Shown here in pieces: positions 57,901 to 64,000 of a stretch of DNA of 64,000 nt. This DNA comes from a virus: IMG/VR virus record IMGVR_UViG_3300032323_001868, positions 25,762 through 89,761 of that record. The stretch is one strand, 5' to 3'. Every line of letters begins with the position of its first letter. Position 1 is the first letter of the stretch. The position numbers were made by a program, and so were the translations under genes. The notes beneath the pieces are model-generated. The model had not been told where the DNA came from and made no database searches. It saw nothing but the letters and a program-made list of their open reading frames with translations.

Positions 57901-59111
57901 TTATTGACAATACTCCAAAGATTATCAAAAAGACAGAAGTTGATGGTGTCTATCAATATTCATATGTTCAAAATACCGCTTTTAATTTAAAAGTAGTTCA
58001 CTATGTATCAGATGGATCAGACGGCGAGGCTGGAACAACACTTGATCCAAAAAGAATCATATCTATATTTTTAAATAATGTTGAAATCACTGGTTGGAAT
58101 GAAGGCAAAGAAGATGACTATGATGAAGATACAAACCCTACTGGATCAGGATGGAAGCCAACCTCTTTAAATATTTATACTGGTATGAGACAAAAGCCAT
58201 ACTTTACTGACTATGTTGAATCTGGAACTAAGTTTGGATTTCATACAACACTTTCCCCAATATCTTTTGGAGGTATTTACCCACCGCATACTCCATATCC
58301 TGAACCTAACCTAAGTGTGTCAGCATCTTATTTAAGAGAAATTCATGCAACACAAAAACCTCTTAGGGAAAGAAGCGTTAGTTATTTTTATCAAGATAGA
58401 GAATTTTTAAATGGTCTTGTACAAGGTCAGCCATTATATACAAATTCAACAACATACCTTATGCAAACAACTCCAGAAGTTTCTGGTATTAATTATTATG
58501 ATGTTCAGTATACAACCCCTGCAGCAGTCTCTGTTGATATTCTTCCAGTAGAATATATGTGGACGTACTTCCCTGGAACTAATCCACAAGATCAAAGAAA
58601 TTATCAAAAGAAGTTAATTGATGAGTATTCTATTTCATATTCAACCCCACTGAATACTGGGTTTAGAGCAAAGATGGCAATCGCTAATAATTCCCCACAC
58701 ATGGTATTTTTACATAAAGAAGCAGATGCACTTGATAATTTTACTATTAACTTAAATTTGTGGACTCATGAAATTGTGGCACCATCAGACCCAGAAATTT
58801 TGGAGGTAGTTATTGATCCCTCTAATATATCCGAAGTAGCACAGTTAGACTCAGAATGGATTCAATCAAAGCAGGCAGCACAAAGAATGCTTAAGATTAT
58901 ATCTATGGGAATCGAAGGATTTTCAAAGACCGTAACCCTTGATATTTTTGGTAATCCACTAATTCAGGTGGGAGACATTATCACACTAACCTACTACCTC
59001 AAGGGTATTCGTGATCAGAAGTACTTCGTTAACTCTGTAGAGCACTCTTTTTCTACAGGCTTAGAAACCAAGATAACAATGAACAGGCTCCAATCGGGTG
59101 CTGTGGTATAA
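54960..59111 (+). CDS. tail tip / hub protein
   Basis: 1383 aa; YIDEYG..QF and C-terminal GNPLIQVGDII...Y.V..VEH. Confidence 0.8.
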   Translation: MLNTVGSSVFTSSDSVTLKPVVSAEWNQNLFNPPYITVADLGTPRPVSLTSGTVLSAGISAKPNFTTNQFSMSNEKGSVTYTVSADNGRAYKIITYVKTDTSLPIAITAFATDGSTAYGSSQEEVSSLGWTKIITYIGVPQNEISGISSFTYTINANALADMQVNPIVFFTVPQVYKTSYSDYKYGQLWPTDSVFTHFRPGESYVGSGNTNCSFPTNYRKITAPTIKNYTIPTYSSINSIVQMPSFFFVSPTVPTLKASLPTDISSYKYFVSETSGRVVTGIYEKPILTNKLVLKFNTLVTVPTITININDNLITVDGSHVINLPLNTEGIATGLLTLYWTGSAWTATKWSEMPQFNTDGTISKTTTITKISVTQINKTLRSPFNGFTSTEAVSDFDRMQLIEVSPRLEVDLSNFVESVNIQKSVDGQNSLLPISSINSNTCNVTLSGIPLFYNNQLVNIFSSQSDETSTLLSSILRKNIKFYVHFNLLSYSDISSNVIQTSNAHIPGGVFYSDSWDESDINSISIQCFDVTRYLQATPSPDYVANLKTVFEIITNILDCAGFTDYDYDALYKVCNSKAMPMDVSYFYCNSKDSTIVDTLNQLFTAYQIGAYIDEYGVMQFLDLYQILASSPSLMNVSDFNVKQGGFSISNNAKPGKISLRYQSPKVKQSPSLQNVTDPSIKNSPSFIYSTSNDVVWQQQTIDSVGFNYLEGDMLKNDNYMQLNVNDLLDIFHTFNRDANGYAFIDNEIVSFLYKEYDISKIDGTPTTVSIKNNLELQSEINRFTKENNVELLTTDGTEKKDYDVVISPTGNITNVQRGLFGTVPTDHKRITTLASKSLSEKILNDATGEISSSPGLTSIVDDHDIEPSLPSIDKIQVMSPVIGRKTLIYPTSEVSRGYQTYSVKFEFEDQQTCSAGLFFNMTSASNSENAYYVELVRFNQKNPRTSVLYDPPQYKYVLYVYNTTSSEGYWSEVTGECNSIIDNTPKIIKKTEVDGVYQYSYVQNTAFNLKVVHYVSDGSDGEAGTTLDPKRIISIFLNNVEITGWNEGKEDDYDEDTNPTGSGWKPTSLNIYTGMRQKPYFTDYVESGTKFGFHTTLSPISFGGIYPPHTPYPEPNLSVSASYLREIHATQKPLRERSVSYFYQDREFLNGLVQGQPLYTNSTTYLMQTTPEVSGINYYDVQYTTPAAVSVDILPVEYMWTYFPGTNPQDQRNYQKKLIDEYSISYSTPLNTGFRAKMAIANNSPHMVFLHKEADALDNFTINLNLWTHEIVAPSDPEILEVVIDPSNISEVAQLDSEWIQSKQAAQRMLKIISMGIEGFSKTVTLDIFGNPLIQVGDIITLTYYLKGIRDQKYFVNSVEHSFSTGLETKITMNRLQSGAVV

Positions 59112-59132
59112 TTAATAAAATAGGAGAATAAC

Positions 59133-59654
59133 ATGCCATTCGTTAAAATATCAGATCCAAACATCGTTGACCTTGCTGCATGGCAACAGTTAATCAATGT
59201 GGTTAATCAACATACAGACAGTATAAATGCCATTACAAACAACTTCGGAGTTTCAGCATCAGCATCAGGACCAGTTGATTGGAACGGCGACAATGATGTT
59301 GTTCACGAGTTTAATTCTGGCACAGAAAAAATACTATATGGTAGATTTAAAGTTACAATTGCTACCGATCCTACAGATTTTGATGATCAGTTAGTTCACG
59401 GTACAATCCCATTTGTAGACGATGGAACAACAGTTTTTAGCGGAAGACCAATCGTAAATGCAACAGTACAGTTTGGTCACAATAGTTATAATAATTTAGA
59501 AGATACAAACTATAATGCTATTGTGCATATTTTTGCTGTAACGGCAGAAAAATTTGAGTATAGAATTTCAAGGGCAAACATTAGAACAACAGCGCCAATA
59601 GATGAACTAACTGGATCTTTTTATATAAGTTGGCAAGCAATAGGTCCAAAGTAA
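59133..59654 (+). CDS. minor tail protein (H-type-lectin-like C-terminus)
   Basis: FS..P.V.AT...F......ISWQAIG. Confidence 0.6.
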   Translation: MPFVKISDPNIVDLAAWQQLINVVNQHTDSINAITNNFGVSASASGPVDWNGDNDVVHEFNSGTEKILYGRFKVTIATDPTDFDDQLVHGTIPFVDDGTTVFSGRPIVNATVQFGHNSYNNLEDTNYNAIVHIFAVTAEKFEYRISRANIRTTAPIDELTGSFYISWQAIGPK

Positions 59655-59666
59655 TTAGGGCTAGTA

Positions 59667-62588
59667 ATGAAATCACAATATAGGAGTAGCAAGTCTGTTG
59701 CAAAAAATCCAACAGTTCCTATTAGTGCTGATGACCCAAGAGTAGCATGGGATAAAATATCAAATACTAAGTCACGTCAAGGTGCTGAAGTTGATATTGT
59801 TGGTCTTGACGGAAAGTCTTTAATTGCTGGAGGAACTACTCCAGGCAGACAGTCTGGAGTGTCCTCTACAAGCCCTACAGATAGGTCTGCAGTCCCGAGA
59901 TCAGTCTTTGTACCATCTAGTGACGGTGGACCACCAACAAGGTGGCGTGAAGGATATATTACTCCAACAGCAGTAACCAATGCTCAAGCCACTTGGGATG
60001 GAGAAGATCTAGTAGTAACATTTGACTGGGATTATACAAATGCATTTAGTAAACTTGTTTCACATTTTATTCTTGAGTTAACAGTAGATGGGGTAACAGA
60101 AAGAACACCACTAACATCTTTTGTACCAAATAGAACTGGAACAGCGCAGAGTGTTAGAGTCACAAAAACTATTAACATTAATACATTCGGTGTTTTTAGA
60201 ACAAATATTTCCTCGATATGTGTGATTACAATTGATCCATATTATAACGAAAGTAGCAAGGTATGTGTTACAAATATACCTACCTATGTATTAAACTTAC
60301 CAGTACCAGTCATTACTGTAACCTCTATTAGTAATGGATATAGCGTTGCATATACAGTGCCAACACAAGATGTTTATGATGCAATTGAATTAGTTGAATA
60401 TGAGTCAAATAGCACAACAGAGCCAACAGGCGTAACATATACGAGATCATATTTTGGAAATTTGAATCCAGCAATCGTAATTACACCAAACTACAATCCA
60501 AGATGGGTTAAGGCACGATTTACATCAGATGCTGGAAATACAACAGATTTTTCTGCAGCACAAAAAGTTACACCAACAAGTCCAATAACCGTTGATAATA
60601 CTCCACCAAGCGAAGTAACAGCAGTATCTGCCGTTTGGTCAGGAGACAATGTTGTAGTTAGTTACACCCTACCATCTTCAGATGCTGCACAAAGAGTTCA
60701 GATACAACTTACAGCGCCTAACAATTTGGTCGGATATTTTTATAGATTCCCAACAGGAACTGGTACAAGCCAAAGCACAATCATAACTAAAAGAGATTTA
60801 TTTGATCAGTTTGGCGAACACTATGGATCCTTTACTGGACTTTTAAAAAGTATTGATGCTGTAGATAATAGAAGCGCTGGAGTATCATTTACAGTACCAG
60901 CAAGAACAAATCCATTAGCAGGAATTACGCCCACATTTACTACTGTGCCATTAACTAATGCTTACTCTGTAAACTTTACTCTACCTACGGGTGCTGTATT
61001 TGCAGAGGTGTATGCTAAAGATACCCCGTGGTCTGGAGATCCAACAGATGATACCTATGTTGTATATGCTGGATTAAGCCCTGCTGTTATTGTAGATACA
61101 AACTATGCTACTGTTTATATTAAAATTAGATACTATGATGATTTTAATAATACATCAAACTATTCTGCAGAAGGAACTGTTATACCAGTTAACCCAGGAG
61201 AAATAACAGAGTTTGAAAATCCAATTACTTTTGGTGAAAATGCAGTTATCTATGCTGGCAATAGTCCAACAACTGGAACAAGAACACTATTTAAATCTGG
61301 AGGTATATTTGCATTTGATGCTACAAATACTTCCCCATCAACACAAATAGTTTCAAACGCTTCTGCTGGTACACCAACCTTTATTACCACACAGGCACAA
61401 ATTGCTGATTGGAATATAACAGAAACTAAAATTGAAAATACACTTGCTGGAGCCCCTACAAAATATACTGGTTTATCGGCAACAGGACCTTACGCATTTT
61501 GGGCGGGTAGTGATGTAACTGGTGGAAATACATCAGCAAACTTTACAGTAACTTCAGCAGGGGCAGTTACTGCTAGAAATATTACTATCATAGGCAACGG
61601 TAATGCATCAAGCAATCTTATTAGTGCAGGTGGATTGTTTACTGTTAAAAATGATGGAACATTTACTGCAACGGGTGCAGATATTCAAGGAAAAATAACA
61701 GCAGACTCAGGAGAATTTACGGGCAATGTGCAACTAAGTGGAGGATCACTTTATGCATTAGGTTCTGGAGGGACTGTAAGTTCTGGCATCAGAACCATCT
61801 TTAACTCATCTGGTGTAGCAGCATATAATGCAAGTGGTGGATATGCACAAATGTTGACAACACCATTAGCAGACGGCTCTGTTTTTGCAACTACTGCAGG
61901 AAATATTGGTGGATGGAAGGTATCAGATTTAACAATTGAAAAGCGTGATGGTGATGCAAACATAATTTTAGATTCAAGTGCTGGACATATTTATGTTTCT
62001 AATAGTAATGTTGCTAACAATAGGGCAGGAATTAATAGTCCTAGCACACTTGACGATGTTGTATTTTGGGCAGGCTCTGGATCAACTCCTGCAGATACTA
62101 TAAATAATTTTAGAGTAACTTTGGGCGGAAAAGTATTTGCAACTAATGCTGAAATTTCAGGAACAATAAAAGCAGAAAGTGGATACATTGGTCAATACAA
62201 TATTAATAATGTTTTTAATGGATGGACGATTAATGGAGAGGCCATTACAGCAGCGGGAAGTGGTAGAATAAATATTGGTAACTACACAGTAACTAGCGTT
62301 TTTGGTACTGACTTTACTATTGCAGACAAAACAAATAATCAAACAATTTTAACAACGGACACAGTTGTAGGGTTTGCTAGAATATATCTAGGGCAGCCAG
62401 GTCGTCAAGTTGAAGTAGCAAAAAATGCAGAAATCTCAGGAGATTATAGTAATAGTGAGCAAGACTACAGGTCGGGTGGACTAAGAAATATGTATACTAT
62501 TACACAAGGACAATACAACTCTGGAGTATTTCCATCTGCACCTAAAGGTGCTGTATTGCTTGTATATGATCCACTCAGCGATAGTTAA
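59667..62588 (+). CDS. central tail fibre / spike with FN3-like domains
   Basis: P..VT.V.A.W beta-sandwich repeats followed by A..G.IGGW / F.V...G..A repeats. Confidence 0.75.
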   Translation: MKSQYRSSKSVAKNPTVPISADDPRVAWDKISNTKSRQGAEVDIVGLDGKSLIAGGTTPGRQSGVSSTSPTDRSAVPRSVFVPSSDGGPPTRWREGYITPTAVTNAQATWDGEDLVVTFDWDYTNAFSKLVSHFILELTVDGVTERTPLTSFVPNRTGTAQSVRVTKTININTFGVFRTNISSICVITIDPYYNESSKVCVTNIPTYVLNLPVPVITVTSISNGYSVAYTVPTQDVYDAIELVEYESNSTTEPTGVTYTRSYFGNLNPAIVITPNYNPRWVKARFTSDAGNTTDFSAAQKVTPTSPITVDNTPPSEVTAVSAVWSGDNVVVSYTLPSSDAAQRVQIQLTAPNNLVGYFYRFPTGTGTSQSTIITKRDLFDQFGEHYGSFTGLLKSIDAVDNRSAGVSFTVPARTNPLAGITPTFTTVPLTNAYSVNFTLPTGAVFAEVYAKDTPWSGDPTDDTYVVYAGLSPAVIVDTNYATVYIKIRYYDDFNNTSNYSAEGTVIPVNPGEITEFENPITFGENAVIYAGNSPTTGTRTLFKSGGIFAFDATNTSPSTQIVSNASAGTPTFITTQAQIADWNITETKIENTLAGAPTKYTGLSATGPYAFWAGSDVTGGNTSANFTVTSAGAVTARNITIIGNGNASSNLISAGGLFTVKNDGTFTATGADIQGKITADSGEFTGNVQLSGGSLYALGSGGTVSSGIRTIFNSSGVAAYNASGGYAQMLTTPLADGSVFATTAGNIGGWKVSDLTIEKRDGDANIILDSSAGHIYVSNSNVANNRAGINSPSTLDDVVFWAGSGSTPADTINNFRVTLGGKVFATNAEISGTIKAESGYIGQYNINNVFNGWTINGEAITAAGSGRINIGNYTVTSVFGTDFTIADKTNNQTILTTDTVVGFARIYLGQPGRQVEVAKNAEISGDYSNSEQDYRSGGLRNMYTITQGQYNSGVFPSAPKGAVLLVYDPLSDS

Positions 62589-62597
62589 GGTTTTACT

Positions 62598-64000
62598 ATG
62601 GCAATCAAGTTGAAACTTGGGGATCCAAACACTTTTACACCTTGGAGAAGTATCACTGCCTTAAAATTAAAATTAGGCGATGCAAACACCTTTACCCCTT
62701 GGAGAAATGTAACTAAAGCATTTGTAAAAAATGACAATGGTTGGAGACTTATATTTGGTGTATCAACTCCTGGACCAGTTATTAATCAGAAGGTAGTTGT
62801 TAGTGCTGGACAGTGGGAAAACGTATCTGGATATACAAGGTTTCAATTAAGCGGATTAAACAGAACTTGGTCATACAGTGGTGGTGGAACTATTAGTCAA
62901 ACCTACAAGTTTGAATATTCTCCAAATAATAGTGATTGGACTACCCTAGAAACTGGATCTATAGTAAATAATCAAGCAGTAAGTATGTATGTATTAAGTA
63001 CACAGTTTACCTCTTCATCAATGTATTTTAGATTTTCTGTAACAGCAATAGCAAATGTAGACAATTCTAGCAGTACTAGTAATAGCGATAGCGTTTTGGT
63101 TACTCTTCCAGATGGTATTCCGCAAAATGGTACGGTAACATTGACGGGCACTCGTGCTGTAGGATCAACCATTACCGCAACAACTACTGGTTGGACTAAC
63201 TCGCCAACATCTTATAATGTAGCAATCTGGGCAGGTAGCACACCTGGTTCCTATAATATTTTAAAAGCAACTAATAGCCCACCAAGTAATAATACTGTTA
63301 GTTATTTAATAACAGAAACCGATCTTTCAGAGCCCCCATATAATTTTATTGCATATGCAACTGCAACTAATTCTAGTGGAACTTCCGTACAGGTAGAATC
63401 AAATGTTCTTGGAACACCTCCTGCAATATACTATCGTGCAGAGGCTACAGTAGATTTTCAAGATGATCTGTGCTTAAGTGCCCCAGCATTTGTTGGTTCG
63501 TCAACATCAACCCCAACAGACCCAGTTGGACAAGCATTTACTGTTAGTCTAGGATTTAGAACTTTAGTTACTGGATATATTAGTACTGTTTCTGCAGAAG
63601 ATGCAGTAGCCCAACTTCTTGCAGCAGTTCCAGAGTGTAGTGGTGTACCAACACCAACTCCTACGCCAACTCCTACACCAACACCAACTGGAGTAACGCC
63701 TACACCTACTCCAGCACCAACTACCACATATTATCTTGCAACAACAACCACTGATTTTCAAGATGATACTTGTGTAAGTGCACCCGCATACGATAGTTCA
63801 ACTACAGTCACCCCCGCAGTTGTTGGTTCAATTTTTACAATTAGTACTAGCACAAGAACTGTTACAAGTGGATATTATAGTATAATTTCTGCTTCAGACG
63901 CAGTAGCACAACTTCTTGCAGGAACTCCAAGATGTCAAACATCTACTCCTACCCCAACTCCAACACCTACGCCAACACCTACTTCCACCCCAACACCTAC
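62598..64000 (+). CDS. fibre-like protein with Ig-like domains, a repeated two-Cys module and (PT)n linkers; truncated by the window end, not in ORF track
   Basis: Translated by hand, open to the end: MAIKLKLGDPNTFTPWR (twice), DFQDD.C.SAPA...DAVAQLLA..P.C (twice), PTPTPT tracts. Confidence 0.85.
   Translation, partial: MAIKLKLGDPNTFTPWRSITALKLKLGDANTFTPWRNVTKAFVKNDNGWRLIFGVSTPGPVINQKVVVSAGQWENVSGYTRFQLSGLNRTWSYSGGGTISQTYKFEYSPNNSDWTTLETGSIVNNQAVSMYVLSTQFTSSSMYFRFSVTAIANVDNSSSTSNSDSVLVTLPDGIPQNGTVTLTGTRAVGSTITATTTGWTNSPTSYNVAIWAGSTPGSYNILKATNSPPSNNTVSYLITETDLSEPPYNFIAYATATNSSGTSVQVESNVLGTPPAIYYRAEATVDFQDDLCLSAPAFVGSSTSTPTDPVGQAFTVSLGFRTLVTGYISTVSAEDAVAQLLAAVPECSGVPTPTPTPTPTPTPTGVTPTPTPAPTTTYYLATTTTDFQDDTCVSAPAYDSSTTVTPAVVGSIFTISTSTRTVTSGYYSIISASDAVAQLLAGTPRCQTSTPTPTPTPTPTPTSTPTP

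Noticed and set aside
1-64000. Stop-codon reassignment, introns or inteins
   Set aside because: Genes are full length in the standard code with all three stops used; nrdJ, portal and capsid show no interruptions

Overview
A 64-kb segment of a large, AT-rich tailed dsDNA phage with siphovirus-type morphogenesis genes. The host is probably a low-GC (freshwater-type) actinobacterium; this is inferred from Gp88- and DUF932-like genes, a class II RNR and many leaderless extended -10 promoters. Layout: (i) 1-10.1 kb is an early region of small genes, mostly on the minus strand and diverging at about 8.5-8.7 kb, with a tRNA-Asp and a repeated intergenic grammar (ACGT-core boxes, CRP-like TGTGA-N6-TCACA boxes, WTGTCR-N11-TANNNT promoters, DnaA boxes and a covarying 3' RNA pseudoknot). 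(ii) 10.2-29.4 kb holds accessory virion proteins (two collagen-like, one FN3 protein with a PPFF-repeat tail, one Asp-box propeller) interleaved with nine 2OG-Fe(II) oxygenases (eight prolyl-4-hydroxylase-like in one array), two DUF6065-like proteins, an SDR, a lytic transglycosylase and a glycosylation cassette. (iii) 29.4-35 kb encodes fibre proteins. (iv) nrdJ follows, then portal, protease/scaffold, major capsid, neck, major tail, two tail chaperones, a 2532-aa tape measure, tail tip and fibres. Best candidates for new biology: the PPFF-repeat protein with its hydroxylase and glycosylation cassettes, the pseudoknot family, a stand-alone copy of the capsid N-terminal arm, tail chaperones made by duplication instead of frameshift, and a kinase-like insert in the tape measure. 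All family calls come from motif recognition by eye; no searches were run.
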